DNA from: Mobula hypostoma
Taxonomy: Eukaryota
Reading direction: 5' to 3'
DNA: 64,000 nucleotides
NCBI RefSeq assembly: GCF_963921235.1
Contig: NC_086108.1
Location: 118,050,001-118,114,000 of the forward strand
Shown here in pieces: positions 13,801-27,600 of the stretch (positions are counted from its first letter, which is position 1; each line of letters opens with the position of its first letter). Position numbers and translations under genes: made by a program. Under the pieces are notes generated by a model. The model was not told the DNA's origin and did no database searches. It was given only the letters and a program-made list of their open reading frames with translations.

Positions 13801-14930
13801 AGGAGGTTCAGTGCAGGAGTTTCAGGGCATGAGATTTAGGGCAGGAGTTTTAGAACATGAGATTGAGGGCAGGAGTTTCAGGGCATAAGTTTCATGGCAG
13901 GGGATTCAGAACAGGAGTTTCAGGGCACGTTTTACAGGGTAGGAGAATCAGGGCAGGAGTTTCAGAGCAGGAGTTTCTGCACAGGAGATTCAGTGCAGGA
14001 CGTTCAGGGAAGGAGTTTTAGGGTAGAAGTGTCAGGGCAGGAGTTTCAGACATGAATTTCAGGGAATGAGATTCAGGGCAGCAGTTTCAGGGCAGGAGAT
14101 ACAGGTCAGGAGTTTCTGAACAGGATATTCAGGGCAGGAGTTAGAGGACTGGAGTTACTGCACAGGAGTTTCAGGGCTGATGTTTCATGGCAGTAGTTTC
14201 AGGGCAGGAGCCTCAGAGCATGAGATTCGGGGCAGGACTTTCGGAACAGGAGATTCAGTGCATGAGATTCACGGATGGAGATTCAGGGCATGAGATTCAG
14301 GGCCGGAGTTTCTGCAGAGGAGGTTCAGGGCAGGAGTTTCAGGGCAGGTGATTCAGGGCAGGAGATACTGGGCATGAGATTTAGTGCATGAGTTTCCGGG
14401 CAGGAGATTCAGGGAAGGAGTTTCTGCACAGGTGATTCAGGGTAAGAGTTTCTGGGCAGGAGATTCAGGGCAGGAGATTCTGGGAATGAGATTTAGTGAA
14501 GGAGATTCACGGCATGAGATTCATGGCAGGAGTTTCTGCACAGGAGGTTATGGGCAGGAGATTCAGGGCAAGAGATTCAGCGCATGAGTTTCTGCACAGG
14601 AGATTCAGAGCAGGAGTTTCAGGGCATAAGTTTCAGGGCAGGAGATTCAGAACAGGAGTTTCAGGGCATGTTTTACAGGGCAGGAGAATCAGGGCAGGAG
14701 TTTCAGAGCAGGAGTTTCTGCACAGGAGATTCAGTGCAGGGCGTTCAGGGCAGGAGTTTCAGGGTAGAAGTGTCAGGGCAGGAGTTTCAGACCTGAATTT
14801 CGGGAATGAGATTCAGGGCAGCAGTTTCAGGGCAGGAGATACAGCTCAGGATTTTCTGAACAGGAGATTCAGGGCAGGAGTTAGAGGACTGGAGTTACTG
14901 CACAGGAGTTTCAGGGCAGATGTTTCATGG
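10830..14930 (+). repeat. Tandem ~2054-bp super-unit (two copies) built from 545-bp and 825-bp HOR variants
   Basis: Marker pairs 11259/13313 and 12084/14138 and matching ORF starts 10978/13032 and 11308/13362 are all offset by 2054 bp. Confidence 0.8.
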
Positions 14931-16349
14931 CAGTAGTTTCAGGGTAGGAGTCTCAGGGCATGAGATTCAGGGCAGGAGTTTCAGGACATGAGATTGAGGG
15001 CAGGAGTTTCAGGGCATAAGTTTCAGGGCAGGAGATTCAGAACAGGAGTTTCAGGGCATGTTTTACAGGGCAGGAGAATCAGGGCAGGAGTTTCAGAGCA
15101 GGAGTTTCTGCACAGGAGATTCAGTGCAGGACCTTCAGGGCAGGAGTTTCAGGGTAGAAGAGTCAGGGCAGGAGTTTCAGACATGAATTTCAGGGAATGA
15201 GATTCAGGGCAGCAGTTTCAGGGCAGGAGATACAGCTCAGGAGTTTCTGCACAGGAGATTCAGGGCAGGAGTTACAGGACTGGAGTTACTGCACAAGAGT
15301 TTCAAGGCATATGTTTCATGGCAGGAGTTTTAGGGTATGAGATTCACGGAACGAGATTCTGGGCATGAGATTCAGCGCATGAGTTTCTGCAGAGGAGATT
15401 CAGAGCAGCAGTTTCAGGGCATAAGTTTCAGGGCTGGAGTTTCAGAGCAGGAGTTTCAGAGCATGAGATTCAGGGCAGGACTTTCGGAACAGGAGATTCA
15501 GGGCATGAGATTGAAGGAAGGAGATTCAGGGCATGAGATTCAGGGCAGGAGTTTCTGCAGAGGAGGTTCAGGGCAGGAGTTTCAGGGCAGGAGATTCAGT
15601 GAAGGAGTTTCTGCACAGGAGAATCAGGGCAGGAGTTACAGGACTGGAGTTACTGCACAGGAGTTTCAGGGCAGGTGTTTCAGGGCATGAGATTCAGGGC
15701 AGGACTCTGAGAGCAGAAGATTCAGGACATGAGATTCACGGGAGGAGATACAGGGCATGAGATTCAGGGCAGGAGTTTCTGCACAGGAGGTTAAGGGCAG
15801 GAGTTTCAGGGCAAGAGATTCAGTGCAGGAGATTATGAACAGGAGATTAAGGGCAGGAGTTTCAGCGCTGGAGCTGCTGCACAGGAATTACAGGGCAGAA
15901 GTTTAGGGCAGTAGTTTCAGGGCACGGGTTTCAGGGCATGAGAATCAGAGCAGGAGTTTCAGGGCAGGAGTTTCAGGGCAGGTGTTTCAGGGCATGAGAT
16001 TCAGGACAGGAGTTTCAGGGCCTGAGATTCAGGGCAGGAGTTTCACAGCAGGAAATTCAGGGCATGAGATTTAGGGAAGGAGATTCAGGGCATGAGATTC
16101 AGGGCAGGAGTTTCTGCACAGGAGGTTAAGGGCAGGAGTTTCAGGACAAGAGATTCATGGAAGGAGTTTCTGCACAGGAGATTCAGGGCAGGAGTTATAA
16201 CAGCAGGAGTTTCAGGGCAGGAGATTCAGGTCAGGAGTTTCAGGACATGAGAGTCAGAGCAGGAGTTTCAGGGCAAGAGATTCAGGGCAGGAGCTTCAGG
16301 ACATGAGATTCAGAGCAGCAGTTTCAGGGCAAGAGATTCAGGGCAGGAG

Positions 16350-17085
16350 TTTCAGGGCATGAGATTTAGGGAAGGATTTTCTGGGAATGAGATTCAGGGC
16401 ATGAGTTTCTGCACAGGATATTCAGAGCAGGAGTTTCAGGGCATGAGAATCAAGACAGGAGTTTCAGGGCAGGAGATTCAGGGAAGGAGTTTCATGGCAA
16501 TAGTTTCAGCACAGGAGATTCAGGGCAGGAGTTACAGGACTGGAGTTACTGCACAGGAGTTTCAGGGCAGATGTTTCATGGCAGGAGTTTCAGGGCAGGA
16601 GTTTCAGGGATGGAGATTCACGGAAGTAGATTCTGGGCATGAGATTCAACGCATGAGTTTCTGCACAGGAGATTCAGAGCAGGAGTTTCAGGGCATGAGA
16701 TTCAGGGCAGGAGTTTCAGGACATGAGATTTAGGGAAGGATTTTCTGGGAATGAGATTCAGGGCATGAGTTTCTGCACAGGAGATTCAGAGCAGGAGTTT
16801 CAGGGCATGAGAATCAAGACAGGAGTTTCAGGGCAGGAGATTCAGGGAAGGAGTTTCATGGCAATAGTTTCAGCACAGGAGATTCAGGGCAGGAGTTACA
16901 GGACTGGAGTTACTGCACGGGAGTTTCAGGGCAGATGTTTCATGGCAGGAGTTTCAGGGCAGGAGTTTCAGGGCAGGAGATTCACGGAAGTAGATTCTGG
17001 GCATGAGATTCAGCGCATGAGTTTCTGCACAGGAGATTCAGTGCAGGAGTTTCAGGGCATGAGATTCAGGGCAGGAGTTTCAGGA
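16350..17085 (+). repeat. Tandem duplication of 364 bp (26 monomers)
   Basis: Near-identical blocks begin ATGAGATTTAGGGAAGGATTTTCTGGGAATG at 16359 and 16723. Both carry the rare variant TTCACGGAAGTAGATTCTGGG. Confidence 0.88.
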
Positions 17086-17561
17086 CATGAGATTGAGGGC
17101 AGGAGTTTCAGGGCATAAGTTTCAGGGCAGGAGATTCAGAACAGGAGTTTCAGGGCATGTTTTACAGGGCAGGAGAATCAGGGCAGGAGTTTCAGAGCAG
17201 GAGTTTCTGCACAGGAGATTCAGTGCAGGACCTTCAGGGCAGGAGTTTCAGGGTAGAAGAGTCAGGGCAGGAGTTTCAGACATGAATTTCAGGGAATGAG
17301 ATTCAGGGCAGCAGTTTCAGGGCAGGAGATACAGCTCAGGAGTTTCTGCACAGGAGATTCAGGGCAGGAGTTACAGGACTGGAGTTACTGCACAAGAGTT
17401 TCAAGGCAGATGTTTCATGGCAGGAATTTTAGGGTATGAGATTCACGGAACGAGATTCTGGGCATGAGATTCAGCGCATGAGTTTCTGCAGAGGAGATTC
17501 AGAGCAGCAGTTTCAGGGCATAAGTTTCAGGGCAGGAGATTCAGAACAGGAGTTTCAGGGC

Positions 17562-20500
17562 ATGTTTTACAGGGCAGGAGAATCAGGGCAGGAGTTTCAG
17601 AGCAGGAGTTTCAGAGCATGAGATTCAGGGCAGGACTTTCGGAACAGGAGATTCAGGGCATGAGATTGAAGGAAGGAGATTCAGGGCATGAGATTCAGGG
17701 CAGGAGTTTCTGCAGAGGAGGTTCAGGGCAGGAGTTTCAGGGCAGGAGATTCAGTGAAGGAGTTTCTGCACAGGAGAATCAGGGCAAGAGTTACAGGACT
17801 GGAGTTACTGCACAGGAGTTTCAGGGCAGAAGCTTCAGGGTGGAGTTTCAGGGCAGGTGTTTCAGGGCATGAGATTCAGGGCAGGACTCTGAGAGCAGAA
17901 GATTCAGGGCATGAGATTCACGGGAGGAGATACAGGGCATGAGATTCAGGGCAGGAGTTTCTGCACAGGAGGTTCAGGGCAGGAGTTTCAGGGCAGGTGA
18001 TTCAGGGCAGGAGATACTGGGCAAGAGATTTAGGGAAGGAGATTCACGGCATGAGATTCAGGGCAGGAGTTTCTGCACAGGAGGTTAAGGGCAGGAGATT
18101 CAGGGCAAGAGATTCAGTGAAGGTGTTTCTGCACAGGAGGTTAAGGGCAAGAGATTCAACGCAGGAGTTTCAGGGAATGAGATTCAGGGCAGGAGTTTCT
18201 GGGCAGGAGATTCAGGGCAGGAGTTTCAGGGCATAAGTTTCAGGGCAGGAGATTCAGATCAGGAGTTTCAGACATGAATTTCAGGGAATGAGATTCAGGG
18301 CAGCAGTTTCAGGGCAGGAGATACAGGTCAGGAGTTTCTGAACAGGAGATTCAGGGCAGGAGTTAGAGGACTGGAGTTACTGCACAGGAGTTTCAGGGCA
18401 GATGTTTCATGGCAGTAGTTTCAGGGCTGGAGTCTCAGGGCATGAGATTTAGTGCATGAGTTTCGGGGCAGGAGTTTCTGCACAGGAGATTCAGGGCAGG
18501 AGTTACAGGACTGGAGTTACTGCACAGGAGTTTCAGGGCAGAAGCTTCAGGGTGGAGTTTCAGGGCAGGTGTTTCAGGGCATGAGATTCAGGGCAGGGCT
18601 CTGAGAACAGAAGATTCAGGACATGAGATTCACGGGAGGAGATACAGGGCATGAGATTCAGGGCAGGAGTTTCTGGGCATGAGATTTAGGGAAGGAGATT
18701 GACGGCATGAGATTCAGGGCAGGAGTTTCAGGGCAGGAGATTCAGGGCAGGAGTTTCTGCACAGGAGGTTCAGGGCAGGAGTTTCAGGGCAGGTGATTCA
18801 GGGCAGGAGATACTGGGCATGAGATTTAGGGAAGGAGATTCACGGCATGAGATTCAGGGCAGGAGTTTCAGGGCATGTTTTACAGGGCAGGAGAATCAGG
18901 GCAGGAGTTTCAGAGCAGGAGTTTCAGAGCAGGAGATTCAGGGCAGGACTTTCGGAACAGGAGATTCAGGGCATGAGATTCAAGGAATGAGATTCAGGGC
19001 ATGAGATTCAGGGCAGGAGTTTCTGCACAGGAAGTTAAGGGCAGAAGATTCAGGGCAGGAGATTCAGGGAAGGTGTTTCTGCACAGGAGATTCAGGGCAG
19101 ATGTTTCAGGACAGGAATTTCAGGGCAGGAGTTTCAGGGCATGAGATTCAGGGAAGGAGATTCAGGGCATGAGATTCAGGGCATGAGTTTCTGCACAGGA
19201 GATTCAGAGCAGGAGTGTCAGGGCATGAGAATCAAGGCAGGAGTTTCAGGACATGAGATTCAGGGCAGGAGTTTCAGGGCAGGAGATTCAGCTCAGGAGT
19301 TTCTGCACAGGAGATTAAGGGCAGGAGTTACAGGACTGGAGTTACTGCACAAGAGTTTTTGGGCAGATGTTTCATGGCAGGAGATTCAGCGCATGAGTTT
19401 CTGCACAGGAGATTCAGAGCAGGAGTTTCAGGGCATGAGATTGAGGGCAGGAGTTTCAGGACATGAGATTGAGGGCAGGACGTTCAGGGCAGGAGTTTCA
19501 GGGTAGAAGTGTCAGGGCAGGAGTTGCAGACATGAATTTCAGGGAATGAGATTCAGGGCAGCAGTTTCAGGGCAGGAGATTCAGGGAAGGATTTTCTGCA
19601 CATGAGATTCAGGGCAGGAGATTCAGGGCAAGAGATTCAGGGAAGGTGTTTCTGCACAGGAGGTTAAGGGCAATAGATTCAACGCAGGAGTTTCAGGGAA
19701 TGAGATTCAGGGCAGGAGTTTCAGGCAGGAGATTCAGATCAGGAGTTTCAGACATGAATTTCAGGGAATGAGATTCAGGGCAGCAGTTTCAGGGCAGGAG
19801 ATACAGCTCAAGAGTTTCTGAACAGGAGATTCAGGGCAGGAGTTAGAGGACTGGAGTTACTGCACAGGAGTTTCAGGGCAGATGTTTCATGGCAGTCGTT
19901 TCAGGGCTGGAGTCTCAGGGCATGAGATTTAGTGCATGAGTTTCGGGGCAGGAGTTTCGGGGCAGGAGTTTCTGCACAGGAGATTCAGGGCATGAGTTAC
20001 AGGACTGGAGTTACTGCACAGGAGTTTCAGGGCAGAAGTTTCAGGGTGGAGTTTCAGGGCAGGTGTTTCAGGGCATGAGAGTCAGGGCAGGACTCTGAGA
20101 GCGGAAGATTCAGGACATCAGATTCACGGGAGGAGATACAGGGCATGAGATTCAGGGAAGGAGATTCTGGGCATGAGATTCAGGGCATGAGATTCAGGGA
20201 AGTAGTTTCATGGCAAGAGTTTCTGCACTGGCGATTCAGGGGAGATGTTTCATCGCAGGAATTTCAGGGCAGGAGTTTCAGGGCATGAGATTCAGGGAAG
20301 GAGATTCAGGGCATGAGATTCAGGGCAGGAGTTTCTGCACAGGAGATTCAGGGCAGATGTTTCAGGGCAGGAATTTCAGGGCAAGAGTTTCAGGGCATGA
20401 GAATCAGGGAAGGAGATTCTCGGCATGAGATTCAGGGCATGAGTTTCTGCACAGGAGATTCAGAGCAGGAGTTTCAGGGCATGAGATTCAAGGCAAGAGT

Positions 20501-21600
20501 TTCAGGGCATGAGATTCAGGGCAGGAGTTTCAGGGCATGAGATTCAGGGAAGGAGATTCTGGGCATGAGATTCAGGGCATGAGATTCAGGGCAGGAGTTT
20601 CAGGACATGAGGTTGAAGGCAGGAGTCTCAGGGCATAAGTTTCAGGACAGGCGATTAGAAACAGGAGGTTCAGGGCATGTTTTACAGGGCAGGTGTTTCA
20701 GAGCAGGAGTTTCTGCACAGGGGATTCTGTGCAGGACGGTCAGGGCAGGAGTTTCAGACATGACATTCAGGGCATGAGATTCAGGGCAGGAGTTTCAGGG
20801 CAGGAGATTCAGCTCAGTAGTTTCTGCACAGGAGATTAAGGGCAGGAGTTACAGGACTGGAGTTACTGCATAAGAGTTTCAGGGCAGATGTTTCATGGCA
20901 GGAGTTTCAGGGCACGAGTTTCAGGGCATGAGATTCACGGAACGAGTTTCTGGGCATGAGATTCAGCGCATGAGTTTCTGCACAGCAGATTCAGGGCAGG
21001 AGTTTCAGGGCATGAGATTCACGGAACGAGTTTCTGGGCATGAGATTCAGCGCATGAGTTTCTGCACAGCAGATTCAGAGCAGGAGATTCAGGGCATGAG
21101 ATTCAGGGCAGGAGTTTCAGGACATGAGACTGAGAGCAGGAGTTTCAGGGCATAAGTTTCAGGGCAGGAGATTCAGAACAGGAGTTTCAGGGCATGTTTT
21201 ACAGGGCAGGAGAATCAGGGCAGGAGTTTCAGAGCAGGAGTTTCTGCACAGGAGATTCAGTGCAGGGCGTTCAGGGCAGGTGTTTCAGGGTAGAAGTGTC
21301 AGGGCAGGAGTTTCAGATATGAATTTCAGGGACTGAGATTCAGGGCAGCAGTTTCAGGGCAGGAGATACAGCTCAGGAGTTTCTGAACAGGAGATTCAGG
21401 GCAGGAGTTAGAGGACTGGAGTTACTGCACAGGAGTTTCAGGGCAGATGTTTCATGGCAGTAGTTTCAGAGCAGGAGTCCCAGGGCATGAGATTCAGGGC
21501 AGGAGTTTCAGAGCATGAGATTCAGTGCAGGACTTTCGGAACAGGAGATTCAGGGCATGAGATTCACGGTAGGAGATTCAGGGCATGAGATTCAGGGCAG
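17562..21600 (+). repeat. Second copy of the 1-4030 block (large ~17.6 kb super-repeat)
   Basis: The window start ATGTTTTACAGGG...GAGATTGAAGGAAGG recurs at 17562. Matched ORF starts 422/17997, 1243/18819, 3319/20895 and 3548/21124 are offset by 17575-17576. The rare variant GCGATTAGAAACAGGAGG occurs at 3061 and 20651. Confidence 0.92.
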
Positions 21601-24600
21601 GATTTTCTGCAGAGGACGTTCAGGGCAGGAGATTCAGGGCAGGAGATTTAGGGCAGGATTTTCAGGACATGAGATTGAGGGCAGGAGTTTCAGGGCATAA
21701 GTTTCAGTGCAGGAGATTCAGAACAGGAGTTTCAGGGCATGTTTTACAGGGCAGGAGAATCAGGGCAGGAGTTTCAGAGCAGGAGTATCTGCACAGGAGA
21801 TTCAGTGCAGGACGTTCAGGGAAGGAGTTTCAGGGTAGAAGTGTCAGGGCAGGAGTTTCAGACATGAATTTCAGGGAATGAGATTCAGGGCAGCAGTCTG
21901 GGCAGGAGATACAGGTCAGGAGTTTCTGTACAGGAGACTCAGGGCAGGAGTTAGAGGATTGGAGTTACTGCACAGGAGTTTCAGGGCTGATGTTTCATGG
22001 CAGTAGTTTCAGGGCAGGAGTCTCAGAGCATGAGATTCAGGGCAGGACTTTCGGAACAGGAGATTCAGGGCATGAGATTCACGGATGGAGATCCAGGGCA
22101 TGAGATTCAGGGCCGGCGTTTCTGCAGAGGAGGTTCAGGGCAGGAGTTTCAGGGCAGGAGATTCAGGGAAGGAGTTTCTGCACAGGAAAATCAGGGTAGG
22201 AGTTTCAGGGCATGAGATTTAGTGCATGAGTTTCGGGGCAGGAGCTTCAGGGCAGGAGTTTCTGCACAGGAGATTCAGGGCATGAGATTCAGGGCAGGAG
22301 ATTCAGGGCATGAGATTCAGGGCATGAGATTCAGGGAAGGAGATTCAGGGCATGAGATTCAGCTCAGGAGTTTCTGCACAGGAGGTTCAGGGCAGGAAAT
22401 TCAGGGCAAGAGATTCAGGGATGGTGTTTCTGCACAGGAGATTCAGGGCAGATGTTTCAGGGCAGGAATTTCAGGGCAGGAGTTTCAGGGCATGAGATTC
22501 AGGGCAGGAGATTCAGGGCATGAGATTCAGGGCATGAGTTTCTGCACAGGAGATTCAGAGCAGGAGTTTCAGGGCATGAGATTGAGGGCAGGAGTTTCAG
22601 GGCATAAGTTTCAGGGCAGGAGGTTCAGGGCATGAGATTCAGGGAAGGATTTTCAGGGAATGAGATTCAGGGCATGAGTTTCTGCACAGGAGATTCAGAG
22701 CAGGAGTTTCAGGGCATGAGATTCAAGACAGGAGTTTCAGGGCAGGAGATTCAGGGCAGGAGTTTCAGGGCATTAGTTTCAGGGCAGGAGATTCAGGGCA
22801 GGAGTTACAGGACTGGAGTTACTGCACAGAAGTTTCAGGGCAGATGTTTCATGGCAGGAGTTTCAGGGCAGGAGTTTCAGGGCAGGAGATTCAGAACAGG
22901 AGTTTCAGGGCATGAGATTCAGGGCAGGACTTTCGGAACAGGAGATTCAGGGCATGAGATTCACGGAAGGAGATTCAGGGCAGGATTTTCTGCAGAGGAG
23001 GTTTAGGGCATAAGTTTCAGGGCAGGAGATTCAGAACAGGAGTTTCAGGGCATGTTTTACAGGGCAGGAGAATCAGGGCAGGAGTTTCAGAGAAGGAGTT
23101 TCTGCACAGGAGATTCAGTGCAGGGCGTTCAGGGCAGGTGTTTCAGGGTAGAAGTGTCAGGGCAGGAGTTTCAGACATGAATTTCAGGGAATGAGATTCA
23201 GGGCAGCAGTTTCAGGGCAGGAGATACAGGTCAGGAATCTCTGAACAGGATATTCAGGGCAGGAGTTAGAGGACTGAAGTTACTGCACAGGAGTTTCAGG
23301 GCTGATGTTTCATGGCAGTAGTTTCAGGGCAGGAGTCTCAGAGCATGAGATTCAGGGCAGGACTTTCGGAACAGGAGATTCAGTGCATGAGATTCACGGA
23401 TGGAGATCCAGGGCATGAGATTCAGGGCCGGCGTTTCTGCAGAGGAGGTTCAGGGCAGGAGTTTCAGGGCAGGAGATTCAGGGCAGGAGTTTCAGGGCAG
23501 GAGATTCAGAGCAGGAGTTTCAGGGCATGAGATTCAGGGCAGGAGTTTCAGGGCATGAGATTCAGGGCAGGAGTTTCAGGGCGTAAGTTTCAGGGCAGGA
23601 GATTCAGAACAGGAGTTTCAGGGCATGTTTTACAGGGCAGGAGAATCAGGGCAGGAGTTTCAGAGCAGGAGTTTCAGAGCATGAGATTCAGGGCAGGACT
23701 TTCGGAACAGGAGATTCAGGGCATGAGATTCAGGGCAGGATTTTCTGCAGAGGAGGTTCAGTGCAGGAGTTTCAGGGCATGAGATTTAGGGCAGGGGTTT
23801 TAGAACATGAGATTGAGGGCAGGAGTTTCAGGGCATAAGTTTCATGGCAGGGGATTCAGAACAGGAGTTTCAGGGAATGTTTTACAGGGCAGGAGAATCA
23901 GGGCAGGAGTTTCAGAGCAGGAGTTTCTGCACAGGAGATTCAGTGCAGGACGTTCAGGGAAGGAGTTTCAGGGTAGAAGTGTCAGGGCAGGAGTTTCAGA
24001 TATGACTTTCAGGGCATGAGATTCAGGGCAGGAGTTTCAGGGCAGGAGATTCAGGTCAGGAGTTTCTGAACAGGATATTCAGGGCAGGAGTTAGAGGACT
24101 GGAGTTACTGCACAGGAGTTTCAGGGCTGATGTTTCATGGCAGTAGTTTCAGGGCAGGAGTCTCAGAGCATGAGATTCAGCCCAGGACTTTCGGAACAAG
24201 AGATTCAGTGCATGAGATTCACGGATGGAGATTCAGGGCATGAGATTCAGGGCCGGAGTATCTGCAGAGGAGGTTCAGGGCAGGAGTTTCAGGGCAGGTG
24301 ATTCAGGGCAGGAGATACAGGGCATGAGATTCAGGGCATGAGTTTCAGGGCAGGAGATTCAGGGCAGGAGTTTCAGCACAAGGGATTCAGGGCAGGAGTT
24401 TCAGGGCATGAGATTCATGGCAGGAGTTTCAAGGCAGGAGTTTAAGGGCATGAGTTTCAGCGCTGGAGATACAGGGCAGGAGTTTCAGCGCAGGAGGTTA
24501 AGGGCAGGAGATTCAGGGCAGGAGATTCAGGGCATGAGATTCAGGGCAGGAGATTCAGAGCAGGAGTTTCAGGGCATGAGATTCAGGGCAGGAGTTTCAG

Positions 24601-27600
24601 GGCATGAGATTCAGGGCATGAGATTCAGGGCATGAGTTTCAGTGCAGGAGATTCAGAACAGGAGTTTCAGGGCATGTTTTACAGGACAGGAGAATCAGGG
24701 CAGGAGTTTCAGAGCAGGAGTTTCTGCACAGGAGATTCAGAGCAGGAGTTTCAGGGCATGAGATTCAGGGCAGGAGTTTCAGGACATGAGTTTCAGGGCA
24801 TGAGATTCAGGGCAGCAGTTTCAGGGCAGGAGATACAGCTCAGGAGTTTCTGAACAGGAGATTCAGGGCAGGAGTTAGAGGACTGGAGTTACTGCACAGG
24901 AGTTTCAGGGCAGATGTTTCATGGCAGTAGTTTCAGGGCAGGAGTTTCAGAGCATGAGATTCAGTGCAGGACTTTCGGAACAGGAGATTCAGGGCATGAG
25001 ATTCACGGAAGGAGATTCAGGGCATGAGATTCAGGGCAGGATTTTCTGCAGAGGAGGTTCAGGGCAGGAGTTTCAGGGCATGAGATTCAGAGAAGGAGTG
25101 TCAAGTCATGAGATTCAGGGCAGGAGTTTCAGGGCTGGAGTTTCTGCACAGGAGATTCAGTGCAGGACGTTCAGGGCAGGAGTTTCAGGGTAGAAGTGTC
25201 AGGGCAGGAGTTTCAGGACATGAATTTCAGGGCATGAGATTCAGGGCATGAGTTTCAGGGCAGGAGATTCAGGGCAGGAGTTTCAGGGCATGAGATTCAG
25301 GGCAGAACTTTCAGGGCATTAGTTTCAGGGCAGGAGTTTCAGGGCAGGAGTTTCAGGGCATGTTTTACAGGGCAGGAGAATCAGGGCAGGTGTTTCAGAG
25401 CAGGAGTTTCTGCACAGGAGATTCAGTGCAGGACGTTCAGGGAAGGAGTTTCAGGGTAGAAGTGTCAGGGCGGGAGTTTCAGACATGAATTTCAGGGAAT
25501 GAGATTCAGGGCAGCAGTTTCAGGGCAGGAGATACAGGTCAGTAGTTTCTGAACAGGATATTTAGGGCAGGAGTTAGAGGACTGGAGTTACTGCACAGGA
25601 GTTTCAGGGCTGATGTTTCATGGCAGTAGTTTCAGGGCAGGAGTCTCAGAGCATGAGATTCAGGGCAGGACTTTCGGAACAGGAGATTCAGGGCATGAGA
25701 TTCACGGAAGGAGATTCAGGGCAGGATTTTCTGCAGAGGAGGTTTAGGGCATAAGTTTCAGGGCAGGAGATTCAGAACAGGAGTTTCAGCGCATGTTTTA
25801 CAGGGCAGGAGAATCAGGGCAGGAGTTTCAGAGCAGGAATTTCTGCACAGGAGATTCAGTGCAGGGCGTTCAGGGCAGGTGTTTCAGGGTAGAAGTGTCA
25901 GGGCAGGAGTTTCAGACATGAATTTCAGGGAATGAGATTCAGGGCAGCAGTTTCAGGGCAGGAGATACAGGTCAGGAATCTCTGAACAGTATATTCAGGG
26001 CAGGAGTTAGAGGACTGAAGTTACTGCACAGGAGTTTCAGGGCTGATGTTTCATGGCAGTAGTTTCAGGGCAGGAGTTTCAGAGCATGAGATTCAGGGCA
26101 GGACTTTCGGAACAGGAGATTCAGGGCATGATATTCAGGGCTGTGGTTTCAGGGCAGGAGAGTTAGGGAACGAGTTTCTGCACAGGAGATTCAGAGCAGG
26201 AGTTTCAGGGCAGGAGATTCAGGGAATGAGCTTCAGGGCTGGAAAATCAGAGCAGCAGTACCAGGGCAGGAATTTCAGGGGAGGAGTTTCAGCAAAGGAG
26301 ATTCAGGGCAGGAGTTTCAGGGCATAAGTTTCAGGGCAGGAGATTCAGAACAGGAGTTTCAGGGCATGTTTTAAAGGGCAGGAGAATCAGGGCAGGAGTT
26401 TCAGAGCAGGAGTTTCAGAGCATGAGATTCAGGGCAGGACTTTCGGAACAGGAGATTCAGGGCATGAGATTCACGGAAGGAGATTCAGGGCATGAGATTC
26501 AGGGCAGGATTTTCTGCAGAGGAGGTTCAGTGCAGGAGTTTCAGGGCATGAGATTTAGGGCAAGAGTTTCAGGGCATGAGATTCAGGGCAGGAGTTTCAG
26601 GGCATAAGTTTCAGTGCAGGAGATTCAGAACAGGAGTTTCAGGGCATGTTTTACAGGACAGGAGAATCAGGGCAGGAGTTTCAGAGCAGGAGTTTCTGCA
26701 CAGGAGATTCAGAGCAGGAGTTTCAGGGCATGAGATTCAGGGTAGAAGTGTCAGGGCAGGAGTTTCAGACATGAATTTCAGGGAATGAGATTCAGGGCAG
26801 CAGTCTGGGCAGGAGATTCAGGTCAGGATTTTCTGCACAGGAGATTCAGGGCAGGAGTTAGAGGACTGGAGTTACTGCACAGGAGTTTCAGGGCATGATG
26901 TTTCAGGGCAGTAGTTTCAGGGCAGGAGTCTCAGAGCATGAGATTCAGGGCAGGACTTTCGGAACAGGAGATTCAGGGCATGAGATTCACGGATGGAGAT
27001 CCAGGGCATGAGATTCAGGGCCGGCGTTTCTGCAGAGGAGGTTCAGGGCAGGAGTTTCAGGGCATGAGATTCAAGGCATGAGTTTCAGGGCATGGGATTC
27101 AGGGCATGAGTTTCAGGGCAGGAGATTCAGGGCAGGAGTTTCTGCACAGGTGATTCAGGGCAGGAGTTTCAGGGCATGAGATTCAGGGCAGGAGTTTCAG
27201 GGCATCAGATTCAGGGCAGGAGTTTCAGGGCATAAGTTTCTGCACAGGAGATTCAGTGCAGGGCGTTCAGGGCAGGAGTTTCAGGGTAGAAGTGTCAGGG
27301 CAGGAGTTTCAGACATGAATTTCGGGAATGAGATTCAGGGCATCAGTTTCAGGGCAGGAGATTTAGAGCAGGAGTTTTAGAACATGAGATTGAGGGCAGA
27401 AGTTTCAGGGCATGAGTTTCAGGGCAGGAGATTCAGAACAGGAGTTTCAGGGCATGTTTTACAGGGCAGGAGATTCAGGGCAGGTGTTTCAGAGCAGGAG
27501 TTTCTGCACAGGAGATTCAGTGCAGGACGTTCAGGGAAGGAGTTTCAGGGTAGAAGTGTCAGGGCGGGAGTTTCAGACATGAATTTCAGGGAATGAGATT

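Noticed and set aside
15780..16345. Possible mobile element insertion at the diverged island
   Set aside because: The segment stays in 14-bp monomer phase and has no terminal repeats, target-site duplication, poly(A) tail or foreign sequence.
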